Shown here in pieces: positions 34,261 to 45,026 of a stretch of DNA of 64,000 nucleotides (positions are counted from its first letter, which is position 1; every line of letters begins with the position of its first letter). This DNA is from Epithemia pelagica (taxonomy: Eukaryota; Protista; Bacillariophyta). The stretch covers positions 3,162,001 to 3,226,000 of the forward strand of contig OX337239.1 in NCBI GenBank assembly GCA_946965045.2. The letters are read 5' to 3'. The translations under genes and the position numbers were made by a program. Below the pieces are notes generated by a model, which made no database searches, was not told the DNA's origin, and worked only from the letters and a program-made list of their open reading frames with translations.

Positions 34261-34292
34261 GACAAGGGCGATATCTTTTCAAACACAGTCAA

Positions 34293-37200
34293 TCACCAAC
34301 CTTGATTCAGTTTCCGAATCCTCTCAAAAACATCACGGCAGAGTCCTTTGGTAAGATAGTCCGCTCGTTGCATCGTTGTTTCGATCTTGGAGATTCTAAC
34401 TGTTGCATTCGTCCCTTTCACAGCTTCCCAGAACCAGTGGTATTTGTTGTTGAGGGATCTGGAACGGGACGAGAGGCGCTGGTTGTTGGCAAGAAGATAC
34501 GCGCTGTTGTTGTCCTCATGGACTTCAGCAAAGATGGTTGGGGAGTCGGTGCCGAGGTCAAGGTGGTGGTTGATCTGGAACAAGATGTCTTGGAGCCACA
34601 CAACAACACGCATGCTTTGCGAAAGCGCGACGTATTCGGCGTGGAAGGTACTGGTGGCAATCTCACTTTGGAGCTGAGATTTCCAGACCAAGGGACAGCC
34701 GCCAAAATGGATGATGTATCCAGTGCGTGATTTGGCACTGATCGGTTCGTCCTCGGATTCACGGCCATGGAGGCCCATGAAATCCGCATCCACATAGCAA
34801 TCAACCTTGAAGGCGGTTGTTGGCCGAAAAATTGTCCCGCAATCTACAGTTCTCCAGAGGTATCGGACAATCATTTTGATGGCTTGGGCATGGGATTGTT
34901 TCGGGTTGGTTGAAAAGCGAGCGACTTGGGAGACGGCAAAACTGATATCTGGCCGTGTGTTGGTGGAAAGGTAAAGGAGCATGCCGACGATGGAACGGTA
35001 GTTCCATTTTTCTTTCATCGGTGGTCCATCAGGGTCACTGCCAAGGCACACTTGGGAGGCTGGCACAAAGTTGCCATTGCAATTTGTCATGCCTGTGGCC
35101 TCAACGATCTTCTTAATGAGCCCTGGTTGGGTCATTGTAATTGTTCCATCTTTCCGAGTGAAATGGATGCCCAAGTACTCAGCAAAATCACTGTCCACGG
35201 AGAGCTCGAATCCTCGAGCCTTGAGTCGTTTCACAAATTTGTTGATTGCGTCCATCGTCGGAGCGATAATACCACAATCATCCACCCAGAGAAACACCAT
35301 CATGCTTTCCTTGAGGAAGACACATTCGTCGAATTTGCTCTGGGTGAAGCCGTCGTCGAGCAAGGCTTGTCGGAGACGTTGGTACCACAACCGAGGTGCG
35401 ACCGAGAGTCCATAAAGGCTCTTGTGGAGTCGGAGACAGGTTTTGGTGGTCTTGGTGGAGGAGAAACCGCGCGGGATGTGGATCCAAACAGGATCTTTTA
35501 ACTCGGCCTGGACGAAGGCATTGTTGAAATCGATGCAAACCATTGCCCAGTTGCGAGCCAGGGCGAGCACCAAAGCAATACGGATCGAGGCCCAATTGAC
35601 GACGGGTGAGTAGGTGTCGAAGTCGCCTTCTTGGAGATCCCCACGGACACAGTATCTGGCCTTGTATTTCTTGATGGTTCCGTCTGGGTGGCGCTTGCGC
35701 TTGAAGACCCAGGTACCAGGGATGATTCTTGACGTTGCTTCTTCCTCTGGAACCTCACTCCATGTTCCCTTGCTAGTTAATTCTTCAATTTCTATTCTAG
35801 CCGCTTCTCTCCAATGGTCGATATCCTTGTCTTGTCTTGCTTGTTCGTAGGACAGAGTGTCTGGATCTGAAATGGCAACCTTGAATCCACTGATGTCATC
35901 GAATTCGGCTTGATTGGCGACATAGGATTGTTGGGCGGCGTCCATATTCTCGATGAGACGACTTGGTGAACGACGGACATGGTTGGATCGTCGAGCAGAT
36001 GGTGCGTCGGAAGGAGGATCGCTTGGTGGCTCCCTTTGAGAAGGCGGCTCCCTCTGAGAGGAGGGCTGTCTCGAGGAGAGAGACTCCCTCTGAGGAGAAG
36101 AGGGATTGGAGGCTGGTGCCACACGGAGAGGCGACAGTGGTGCTGGATTCTCCCTCTGTTCCGAGTGCACGGGGACAGGAGACGACGGGGAAGGCAAAAC
36201 GAGCGGTTCCGAGAAGGAAACAGCAGGTTTTGGCTGTGGAGGTGTCGCCGCGCGCGGAGGGACATCGCGCACTGGCGTGTTCGGAGGTGGCACGGGAGGC
36301 GGAGAAGGGAGTGGGTCACTAGCCGACGGGGCAAGACGAGACAAAGCAGTCGTGGAGGGCTGGGTGGTGGGAGTGGCTGGGGGAGTTCTGGGGACAGAGA
36401 CGGCTGGCGTGTCAACAGAAAGAGGGACAGACGGAACAGTTCGTTCCATAGACGTAAAAATATTGTCTTCAGAACGATGGTTGACAGCAGCAAGTGGTGC
36501 ACTGGTGACAGCGTCGTCCACACAGTCATCGTTGTCGTACCCCGGTGAGTGCAGATGATTGGTCATGTCGCCAAAGACACTGTCAAGTCTGGAGATGTCT
36601 TCTGTGTTGTTGTTGTCGGCTGGAGTCGGCACCGTTGCAAACCAATCGTCGAAGACGACATGGTACTGCGGTGTGATGGCGCCCGTGGAAAGATTCAAAA
36701 CGAGTGGTGCTGTGGTGGCATGGTTGGGAGAAAGTCCCATGTTCATCCCTCGTTGTGATCTTGGTTTCCATCTTGGCAGTTTCTTACCGTCTGCAATCCG
36801 TTTTTCCAGGACGTACACGGGTGCTCCCCAGACATGTAGATCGTGTCGCCGTTTTTGTGGCCATCTCGTTCTTGAAAAGATATCGTGGGGTGAGACGCCA
36901 GTGGACGAATTGGGAACGTGGTTGAAGACAAAGACGGCGTGGGAGACCGCCATGGGCCAGAGGGTGGGATCCGCTGTCTCAGGCCAGTGGATGCTGGCGT
37001 GGAGCATCATCGTCCGAGCCATCGACATGATGGTTTGGATGGCTCGTTCGGCGACGCCATTCTGGTGATGGGCGCCTACTCCAGCGTAGGACCGAATCTG
37101 GGCAAAGGTTTCGAGTTGCCTGGTGTAGTCTTGTGCAGTGAAACAGCTGCCGTTGTCAGTGTGGTATCGTTGGGGAACGACACCCACATCCTTGCAACGT

Positions 37201-40200
37201 TGCTCGAAGGTAAGTTTGGCATGCAAAGTCTCGTGAGTGTTGAGATGCGCCTGAAAGACCACATCGATGTGGCCGCTGGCGTGATCAACAAAGATGCATC
37301 CTCCGCAAAACATTTTCTCATCCTTTGTCTTTCCTTTCGACGTAAACAATCTACCTTTCGTGGAGCAAATAAAGTGGTCCACCGACACACTTTGGCCCGG
37401 AAACAGGTCGTTGTTTTTGAGGGCACCGTCTCGGTCGAGAACTTTGGTGACTGTTTGTCCTGGTGTTGACCGTTGTCGTTGCTTGCCGTATTGACAGGCG
37501 GCACACATGGGCGGACTCCGTAGTTTGCAGATGGCTGTGTGCAACTGACGGTTTGACGCAGAACGTGACAATACACCGGATTTAAAAAGGAATTGGATGG
37601 TCCGAAAGTTCATGTGGCAAAGTCGTTGGTGCCACCGAAGCCATTCCTTCTGTGGTTCGGTCAAGTTCAAGTTTCGTTCGTGGACGACGGTGACAGTGGT
37701 CACGAGTGCTCGGATGGATTGGTGGATTCCATCTTTTCCATAGCCATAGCAGGTGGGAAGGTTGTTGGTCGGATTGATGGTGGCAAAGACCGGGGTCCGA
37801 TTGGAGTCGTCTTGTATCCCGCTGAGAGTTAATCCGCAGTCTTGAAGGGTGATGGTTTCTCCGGGGTATTGTTGGAGGAGATGTGTTGTGCTCAACAATC
37901 TACAATTGGCCGATGGGATGAACAAGGCCAAGAGTTTGAGGGTGCGGAGATTGCCTCTGGTGTCCATGACGGACCAGTGGACGGTGCCGAGTCCGTTGAT
38001 TGGGACGCCTTGGGCAACACCTTTGAGTTGCAGGTCTGGTCGTACTTTTCGGATCGATCCAACAAAATCGGACTTGGTGTTTGACACAGCAATACTCGCT
38101 CCAGAGTCCCAGATGATGGGGAAACTGGATGAGTTTTGGTTTTCCATGGCGGATCTGAATTTGGCTGGAGCTTGGAGGGCCATTTTCAAGGCTTCACTTT
38201 CTCCGAGTTGGTTAATGAGGGCGCAAAGTTGAGGTTCGGAGATGGAGTCTTGATGGGATGGTCCATGGGTGTGCTGCTGGTTGCCTCGTCGTTGGCGTCG
38301 TCGGTGTCGATTGGAACGGTTTGGATGGCGTGCCCTCTGTGGAGCACCATTGTTTGGTGGACTCTCTCCCTCTGGTGTGGAGCAGAGGTTGGGGTAGTGG
38401 TGGATCCACCATGTACGAAACGACGCAACAAACCATTCGGCCAGAGAAGAGCATGCACGTGATGAAGCATGGCTCAGCATTGGGTGTGCCCAAGGGTGCC
38501 GGCGAGGACGGAGATGGTGTTTGGAGCGGGGAAGGAGCCGATGTGTGAGGAGAAATTCACCAATCCACGAGAGGGTCAAGGGGATACAGCAGCCATAGTA
38601 CCACAGATGGTGGAGAAGGACGGTTGGTTGGAGCCATGAAAGGGAGGCCACGATAAGAGCAGAAAACGAAACAATCAAACTGAATTGGGAGGCCAAGGGA
38701 TCTTGGTGCCGATTCCGAGGAGATCGTGGTCGGGAGACAGGGGGACGCCTCGACGGTGGTTGTGTGTTTGGTTGGGTGGTTGGTTGAACACATGCTAAGT
38801 TGGCATGAGGTTCGAACTTCATTCGTTTGCTCGGGGGTGGATCTGGGATGCACGTGGTTTCACACTGCATTTGGGTGGCCGCGTAGTGGGGATTGGTGGC
38901 CATTTCCCAGGCGAAGGTGTACTGGATGCTCAAAGGAGGATCGAGGGCACCGAGCCTGGAGTTGGGGACGGCTTCATCATGGCGGAGAGTCTCGAGATGG
39001 AAGCGGACACTTGTTCGGGCTTGCTCGAGTTGGTTGCGGAGAGGAGAGAGCTGGGAGAGGTCTTCTTCCTTGTTGATGGCCGTGTGCACGTGGATGAGTC
39101 GGGCGACGGCTCGTTCCATGCATTGGATGCGGACTGCTGGATCGTCGGTGTCGAAGGTACGACGGGGACAGGTCGTGTGAGACGGAGGTGAAGATGGCAC
39201 AGCAGTTGGCTCGACCGGCGAGTAAAGACCAAGGGCATTTGTGCGAGGGGTGGTTGGCTCGGCTGGCGCTGCAACAGCTGTTCGCCACGCGTCAAGATGG
39301 CGGTTGAACGGAGTTGGAGGGCGGGCCAGTGGTGCACGTAGGGGGGTTCGGTCTTGGGGAGTACTGATGTCAGCAGAGTCGGTGGTCACACTAATACTAC
39401 TTATAACAGATACAGTAGATGAATCCAAATTTTCGGCTGGTGTAGAACCAGTGGCTGCGTCGGTGTCAGAAGCCAAAAGATCGTAGGATGAGTCGTCGTC
39501 ATTCGAAGGTGGATTCGAAGATTCGGTTGGTTCCCTACTGGTGTTGCTGGGAACAGCAGCATCAGATGGGGCACCGGTGTTGTCCTGGGAGGTCGGTCCG
39601 CCATTGGAGTCATCGTCTCGATCGGCATCGTAATTTGGATCGTGATCGTCGTCGGAAGGAGGATCCGGGGAGTCGTCATCGTCGACAGTGTCATCGTCCT
39701 CTTCATCGGCGGAAGTGTTGTCGTCGTCGTCATCATCAGGATCATCAGCGGTAGTGGCATCGGCTGGAGCTTGAGGAAGGGAGAGGATGAGGGCGGTTGG
39801 CGCTGGGACGGGAAGTGACACTTCGGTGGTTGTGGTGGCAGCAGTTTCGTTGGCGGTGGTTGCCGTGGTGGTGCTGGCACCACTATTGACCGTGTACTCG
39901 TCGAAGGAGGACGCGTCGGCATGGTGGTGATCATGATGGATGGCGTCGTCGGGGTCGATCGGGGTGGTGTCCTCCCCAAGGAAAGGAAAGTTGATGTATT
40001 CCAAGGGGAGGCTACCATAGTCGAATTCAAGGGCCATGGCCGACGGATGGCTGAAAGGACGGCTGAAGGGGACGAAGGGACGGGTGTACGGCGCGGTGGG
40101 ATGCGGCGTCGTTGGGATGTGGCGGAAGGCAGCTGCGAAGTTGGCTTCGCGTCGGTGGTCCGTTGAAGTGGGAGTGTTGTGCACTCGAGTGGGGACGGAG

Positions 40201-42389
40201 GTGATGGACGAGTCGTTGGTGGTGTTGGCCTGTCGGTCAAGACAAGGGGAACGGCCATGGGGAGCTGTGGACAAGGACAAGTTGGAGATGTCGATGTTCA
40301 GGGCGTCGATGTTGCCTGGAGTGGGAGGCAGAAGGATGCTGCGAGTGGAGGAGGCAACAGAGGTTTGGTCATGGTGTTCGTCGTCGTCGTTGTTGTTGTC
40401 GTCTGCCGCAAAGGGTTTGCCGTCTTCACTCGAATCATCAGCAAGGCCAAAATAACAATCAACGGTGTCGGAGTGATCACCAAAACAATCAGCGACAGTG
40501 TCGGTTTCAATCCACAGGGGAGCATCGGCACTTGGAGAGGAGTTGGTGCTCGGTGGTTTGGAGGACGACGAAAGGGAGACGGCGTCATCGTCGTCTTCTT
40601 TGTCGGTGGGAGAAAACTCATCCCAGAAGGAGTCAGGGATGGAGTTGGAGGAGTTTTCGTCGTTTGCGGAAGGAGGAGACGTGTTCTCGTTTTCGGTTTC
40701 GTCTTGGTCGCTGCATTCGACGCAGACGAGTTCGTCCATGTCGATGACCGCGGCCCAGGCGGAGGGGTCAAAGTCGACGGCCAGGGTGTGGGCTTGGGCT
40801 TGGCGGTTGTTTCGATTGTTGTTGTTGTTGCGGCGCCTGTTGGGAACGGGGCCATTGTGGGTGTGGGTGGTGTGGGTGGGCGTCCAACGTTCGCAGATAC
40901 CACACCAGTTGTATGTTTTGCCATCGCTCTGTTTTTGGGTTGGTTGGTCGCCGGTGGGTGCGATTTTCTTCCAGTTCGTGGATGAGGAGCTGTTGTTGCT
41001 GCGGTTGTTGTTGTTGCGAGCATTTCGTCCGCCTTGGTTGCCTCTTCCATCACGGCCACCACGGTTGGATCGTTGCTGGGAGTTGGATTGGGAGTTGGAG
41101 CGACGGTTGGAGTTGTGCCCGGAGTTCTGCTTGGAGGAACGCTGGGGGCAATCTTTGGCCCAGTGATCTTGGGCGCCACAAATCAGACAGGCTCCTTTTG
41201 TGAAAGCACCACCCATGTGCTGCCGAAGGGCCATTGCTTGAACTTCGGTTAGTTTGCCGAAGACTTCGGGGGGGACCTTGGTGTCCTTGTTGTTGCTCGA
41301 CGGTTGCCAGGAGCCGCGGTTGATTGCATCAGAATACAAGGAGTCGGCCTTGTCGCAGATATCTTTGAATGACAGTTCGGCGGCTTCGAGATCGGCTTGT
41401 TGGTCCTGGTCCGATTTGTAACGGACTTCAAGAATCTTGGCTTGGATGAGCGGTTGGAGACTCAACAATCCAAGGTTGTAGAGGCTGTCTCCATTTGCAA
41501 GGGAGAACGCTTCTAAGATGCCAAGGGTCAAGGTTTGTTTGTAAAACCCGGAGGCGAACAAGTCTTCGCAATCTGCTTTCATGTCGGCCGCCATTTCCGT
41601 GATGTTTTGGCCGGCGTACATGAATGGGGTCCTGGAGGCGATCTTGGCGGCGAGTTTGTCATACTTGGTGACTGAATCAGACTGAAGAATGCTGATGAAA
41701 GTCATCCAGGTAAGGCAGAACGAGTCGTTGGAAGAGGTCTTGGTTTCAATTCGCTGGCGGAGCTTGAGGTCGACGGATTCCAAAAGGCACAGACGAGCGG
41801 CCGTGTCGTTTTCGGCGTCATATGTGTCAAACTGTTGGCAATGGGCCGCGGCGGTCTGTTGGACATGGCGCAGGGTGAAGCGAGTGTGCTCCTTCACAAT
41901 ATGGCGCATGCGGGTGTTGTCAGCGGGGTCAAGCATGTAGGCAATGGTGTCCATGCCGCGGAGGATGAGTGTCTCGTCGAGACGCTTCATGAACTTGTGG
42001 AGGTTGTCTCCTTGGTGGAAACGATTCGACAATCCACCACAGCGGGTTTCGAAACCCGTGATGTCCTTCCCGAAACGACGTTGGTGAGGGGTGCGGGGAA
42101 AGGGGGTGGTTCCATTGAATGCGGCTGGATCCAGGCCTTTCCAATTCGCTAGGGGCTTGCCACCAGTCCAGGCAGCCCATTTATACTCATCGAGTTGGAC
42201 TAAACCGCCCATTCGAGGGCTTGGAGGCTTGAACGGGACGCGTTCGGTTGGTGCAGGGGCTGGAGGAGCAGTGGGAGGCATGGTTCCTTGGGTGGAGGAG
42301 TCGTCGGCACTTGGCTCAGCGGATGGATCGCTGGTGGTTTCTTCTTCACTGCCCGAGAGGAATTGGATTTCCTCTTCGATGGGTAGCAA
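34293..42389 (-). CDS. Gag-Pol polyprotein of copia element 2 (2,698 codons from TTG; first ATG at 42281)
   Basis: CCHC knuckle CLICGAQDHWAKDC. PR IIWDSGAS. IN WHQRLCH, CAAC, SVDHF, HTDNG, QNGVAERAIQ. RT YKARYCVRGD, WVDDC. RNase H YVDADF, EDN. Copia domain order with no internal stop. Confidence 0.95.
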   Translation of the reverse strand: MLPIEEEIQFLSGSEEETTSDPSAEPSADDSSTQGTMPPTAPPAPAPTERVPFKPPSPRMGGLVQLDEYKWAAWTGGKPLANWKGLDPAAFNGTTPFPRTPHQRRFGKDITGFETRCGGLSNRFHQGDNLHKFMKRLDETLILRGMDTIAYMLDPADNTRMRHIVKEHTRFTLRHVQQTAAAHCQQFDTYDAENDTAARLCLLESVDLKLRQRIETKTSSNDSFCLTWMTFISILQSDSVTKYDKLAAKIASRTPFMYAGQNITEMAADMKADCEDLFASGFYKQTLTLGILEAFSLANGDSLYNLGLLSLQPLIQAKILEVRYKSDQDQQADLEAAELSFKDICDKADSLYSDAINRGSWQPSSNNKDTKVPPEVFGKLTEVQAMALRQHMGGAFTKGACLICGAQDHWAKDCPQRSSKQNSGHNSNRRSNSQSNSQQRSNRGGRDGRGNQGGRNARNNNNRSNNSSSSTNWKKIAPTGDQPTQKQSDGKTYNWCGICERWTPTHTTHTHNGPVPNRRRNNNNNRNNRQAQAHTLAVDFDPSAWAAVIDMDELVCVECSDQDETENENTSPPSANDENSSNSIPDSFWDEFSPTDKEDDDDAVSLSSSSKPPSTNSSPSADAPLWIETDTVADCFGDHSDTVDCYFGLADDSSEDGKPFAADDNNNDDDEHHDQTSVASSTRSILLPPTPGNIDALNIDISNLSLSTAPHGRSPCLDRQANTTNDSSITSVPTRVHNTPTSTDHRREANFAAAFRHIPTTPHPTAPYTRPFVPFSRPFSHPSAMALEFDYGSLPLEYINFPFLGEDTTPIDPDDAIHHDHHHADASSFDEYTVNSGASTTTATTANETAATTTTEVSLPVPAPTALILSLPQAPADATTADDPDDDDDDNTSADEEDDDTVDDDDSPDPPSDDDHDPNYDADRDDDSNGGPTSQDNTGAPSDAAVPSNTSREPTESSNPPSNDDDSSYDLLASDTDAATGSTPAENLDSSTVSVISSISVTTDSADISTPQDRTPLRAPLARPPTPFNRHLDAWRTAVAAPAEPTTPRTNALGLYSPVEPTAVPSSPPSHTTCPRRTFDTDDPAVRIQCMERAVARLIHVHTAINKEEDLSQLSPLRNQLEQARTSVRFHLETLRHDEAVPNSRLGALDPPLSIQYTFAWEMATNPHYAATQMQCETTCIPDPPPSKRMKFEPHANLACVQPTTQPNTQPPSRRPPVSRPRSPRNRHQDPLASQFSLIVSFSALIVASLSWLQPTVLLHHLWYYGCCIPLTLSWIGEFLLTHRLLPRSKHHLRPRRHPWAHPMLSHASSRACSSLAEWFVASFRTWWIHHYPNLCSTPEGESPPNNGAPQRARHPNRSNRHRRRQRRGNQQHTHGPSHQDSISEPQLCALINQLGESEALKMALQAPAKFRSAMENQNSSSFPIIWDSGASIAVSNTKSDFVGSIRKVRPDLQLKGVAQGVPINGLGTVHWSVMDTRGNLRTLKLLALFIPSANCRLLSTTHLLQQYPGETITLQDCGLTLSGIQDDSNRTPVFATINPTNNLPTCYGYGKDGIHQSIRALVTTVTVVHERNLNLTEPQKEWLRWHQRLCHMNFRTIQFLFKSGVLSRSASNRQLHTAICKLRSPPMCAACQYGKQRQRSTPGQTVTKVLDRDGALKNNDLFPGQSVSVDHFICSTKGRLFTSKGKTKDEKMFCGGCIFVDHASGHIDVVFQAHLNTHETLHAKLTFEQRCKDVGVVPQRYHTDNGSCFTAQDYTRQLETFAQIRSYAGVGAHHQNGVAERAIQTIMSMARTMMLHASIHWPETADPTLWPMAVSHAVFVFNHVPNSSTGVSPHDIFSRTRWPQKRRHDLHVWGAPVYVLEKRIADGKKLPRWKPRSQRGMNMGLSPNHATTAPLVLNLSTGAITPQYHVVFDDWFATVPTPADNNNTEDISRLDSVFGDMTNHLHSPGYDNDDCVDDAVTSAPLAAVNHRSEDNIFTSMERTVPSVPLSVDTPAVSVPRTPPATPTTQPSTTALSRLAPSASDPLPSPPPVPPPNTPVRDVPPRAATPPQPKPAVSFSEPLVLPSPSSPVPVHSEQRENPAPLSPLRVAPASNPSSPQRESLSSRQPSSQREPPSQREPPSDPPSDAPSARRSNHVRRSPSRLIENMDAAQQSYVANQAEFDDISGFKVAISDPDTLSYEQARQDKDIDHWREAARIEIEELTSKGTWSEVPEEEATSRIIPGTWVFKRKRHPDGTIKKYKARYCVRGDLQEGDFDTYSPVVNWASIRIALVLALARNWAMVCIDFNNAFVQAELKDPVWIHIPRGFSSTKTTKTCLRLHKSLYGLSVAPRLWYQRLRQALLDDGFTQSKFDECVFLKESMMVFLWVDDCGIIAPTMDAINKFVKRLKARGFELSVDSDFAEYLGIHFTRKDGTITMTQPGLIKKIVEATGMTNCNGNFVPASQVCLGSDPDGPPMKEKWNYRSIVGMLLYLSTNTRPDISFAVSQVARFSTNPKQSHAQAIKMIVRYLWRTVDCGTIFRPTTAFKVDCYVDADFMGLHGRESEDEPISAKSRTGYIIHFGGCPLVWKSQLQSEIATSTFHAEYVALSQSMRVVVWLQDILFQINHHLDLGTDSPTIFAEVHEDNNSAYLLANNQRLSSRSRSLNNKYHWFWEAVKGTNATVRISKIETTMQRADYLTKGLCRDVFERIRKLNQGW

Positions 42390-42550
42390 GGTGAAGCTTC
42401 CTAGGGAACGGGGAGAGTCGTCTTCACGTGGGGAGGACGACAGCTTGCAAGGGAGGGGGCGGCCGGAGGGGAGATTCAGGCGGCGAGAGGGTTCGAACGG
42501 ATAAGCAAGAGCTTAGAGGCAAAGGATGCGTGAGCGGGTAAGGCAGTAAA

Positions 42551-42563
42551 GGGCGTAATAACC
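42551..42563 (-). promoter_or_regulatory. Probable primer-binding site GGTTATTACGCCC
   Basis: Abuts the 5' LTR on the - strand. Shares GGTTAT...GCCC with the PBS of element 1 but has a different centre. Confidence 0.55.
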
Positions 42564-42942
42564 AGTCAAAGTACACAGGATACTCTGTAGTAGCTAGGGG
42601 CAGTACCTATATTGGCGTGGAGGTGATCAAGTCTCCACGACAATACACTAGAGAAGTTGTTTCACAACTTTCTGTTTGTTGATACTATAAGCTCTAGGTT
42701 TAGGAACTACATTCGATTCCTCATTTGATTCCTCACGAGGAATCAATTCCTCATTTACTCATGGAGGTTACTTTGGAACCATTGATGCCAATGGCTAGAG
42801 CTTGGTTACTATGCGACGGGCAATGCCTTCTCTGGTAGTAAGGCATTGCTCTTGGATACATAGTGGGGACACGATTCTATGTCTCACAGATTCGAATCGT
42901 GACTGCCATATCGCCTGTCCGTCACACTGATTAACCGCGACT
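42564..42942 (-). repeat. 5' LTR of copia element 2
   Basis: Identical to 33873-34251. Confidence 0.93.
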
Positions 42943-45026
42943 CCCGCCCTCCCCCAAAGTCTGTGGAGTCAGTCTGTGGAGTCTCTTCCAAATCTTGGTC
43001 GCGGAATGAGGACAGGAATGGCTCGCAGGCGCGCCGACCAAGACGAGCCCTGTCACTCTAAAATATCGATTGATGTCGTCGCCAAAAGACGACCATTCTC
43101 ATAGAATCTACTGCTACACTCAATGGGAAACAAGGCATCTACGGTATCATCCCAACGGCAACGGCGTTCGATCCACGGCCATGGCAGCCAAAGAATGATC
43201 ATCCCAATTGGCAGTCTAAACTCATGGCAGGTATTCCTTGGGAAACCTCCAACCACACTCCCACTGGCGCAGCAGACGGACCCATGACATGCATTGCGCA
43301 ACCTGCCGGTGCTTTTTGTAAAAGACGCCTAGCCAGGTTGCCAAGGTCAACAGTTTACAAGCACCGTACCATGCCATGTCAGCAGCAAGTGGCCTTGGCC
43401 TTTTCATCCGTTGTATTATTGGGGTTCTTGGCGAGAGGCACCACGACCGATGGCAAAAATTGCAGCATGACGAAACTGACCTGAGCCAGTACCATGACAA
43501 CGACCGGTATTGTACCCGTCATGACCATCGACCAGCAGCAGAAGAAGTAGCAGGATGGAACAACAAGAGCAGTGCCAACAACAACAGCTCGGTCGACGAA
43601 ACAACAACAGCTCGGTCGAACCAAGTTCCTTCCCAGACGAGACTCGCATCACTGCCCAGGTCTCCATCCACGGCCTGTGCGTAGTGTCGTTGCTTCTCGG
43701 TCGACTGGGTATTCGATGATGGGAACCAACAACCAGACAGACTGTGAAGCCTTCATTGCATTGTTGGGTATTCCATGGCATTGTGATTGGGATGTATGGA
43801 AATGCCAAACAAAACTCGACCATACTGTACTCCACCACCCATTGCAAGTGACATCCGCAACAACCACAAAAGATCTGACACGAATCCACACCACCTTCGT
43901 GGCTGTTACGGGCATTCTCCGTTGACGCTTCATGGCCTGCAGCTATAACTTTCTTCTTGTTCGGTACTAGAGGGACTCTTCTTGTCGCCACCAGAAATGA
44001 TCCACTCAATTCCCAATGTCGACCTTTTCTTGTTGGGACCCACCAACAAATTGTTATTCTGCTACTAGAGGGGATTGGAAACAAGCCTTGGTTGCCGGCA
44101 ATGAGCATTCTACCATTCTTGTGGTGCGAGTCGAGAGGATGACGGAGGAGCGCATGTCCAATCGGTATACTGCTAGTTCCCAAGGGCGTTTGGCAAAGCT
44201 CGGACATTGGCGGAAACGAGAGACGACGTAATGACGAACATGTGCCCAATCAGTGCAGTGCAGTAATTGGTGTAGCAGCGGCAGCACCGAGGATGCAGAA
44301 CCGTTGACGATTCGTCATTCCTCATCCACAAAACTCCCTCTGTAAGCTTGCTCCTACGGCTAAAAAGCTTCGAGATGGTCTGCCCAAGCCCGTGGGCAAT
44401 CATGGTCTGCAATGAGACTCTCGATCGATTAAGTGTTCCCAGCAGTTGGTCGTCTTCCCCACAACATCCTAACGCAAGATGAGCAACAACATCAGGAGGT
44501 ATCCATCGGGCCAAAACATGCATGGAGGAAGCGAATCTCTTCTGATTTACCGCTTTTATCCTCAGAGTGAGGGAGGATCCGCAATGAGGGGTATATGGAA
44601 TCTCTTGTTTCGTGTAATGTACATCACCATCTCATGGGTCCTTCTATAACAAGAGTCGTTGTGATTATCGAAAGCACAGAGACTTGGATTGCAAAGAGAT
44701 CCTCTAGTCATGAGCGCATCGGAAGAACCTATGAATGTGACACAGGGGAAGAGAGAAAGCCAAACATATCAGTGGTTGTCTGTCTCGCCATGAGGTTATA
44801 TTTCGGTATCCAAAAACTTCCACGATTCATTGCGTGGCTACGGTCACGATTTGGCTCGTGACGAAAGCTCCTACCCCTCTTTGGTCCATCCATTTTTCGT
44901 CAAGTTAGTCGTGCCTCCAGTCCGCACCCATCAGCATCAGCATCGCAACAAAAGAGCAAACCTACGTGCCTCTTACAAGGCAGTGTCTCGATCCCCATAA
45001 ATTCGCTGCAGTCATTGTGTGGAACC

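Larger units (their letters stand above)
33873..42942 (-). mobile_element. Ty1/copia LTR retrotransposon 2 (CoDi-like), 9,070 bp, apparently intact
   Basis: Two identical 379-bp LTRs. TSD CCCGC at 33868-33872 and 42943-42947. The paralogous empty site at ~47551 (ggagtg CCCGC cctcccccaaagtct) confirms the boundaries. Single uninterrupted ORF. Confidence 0.97.

Noticed and set aside
34302-42504. Many + strand ORFs (up to 268 aa) antisense to the copia 2 polyprotein
   Set aside because: They are shadow frames of a GC-rich, low-complexity coding strand, with V/G-rich translations, no motifs and mostly non-ATG starts.
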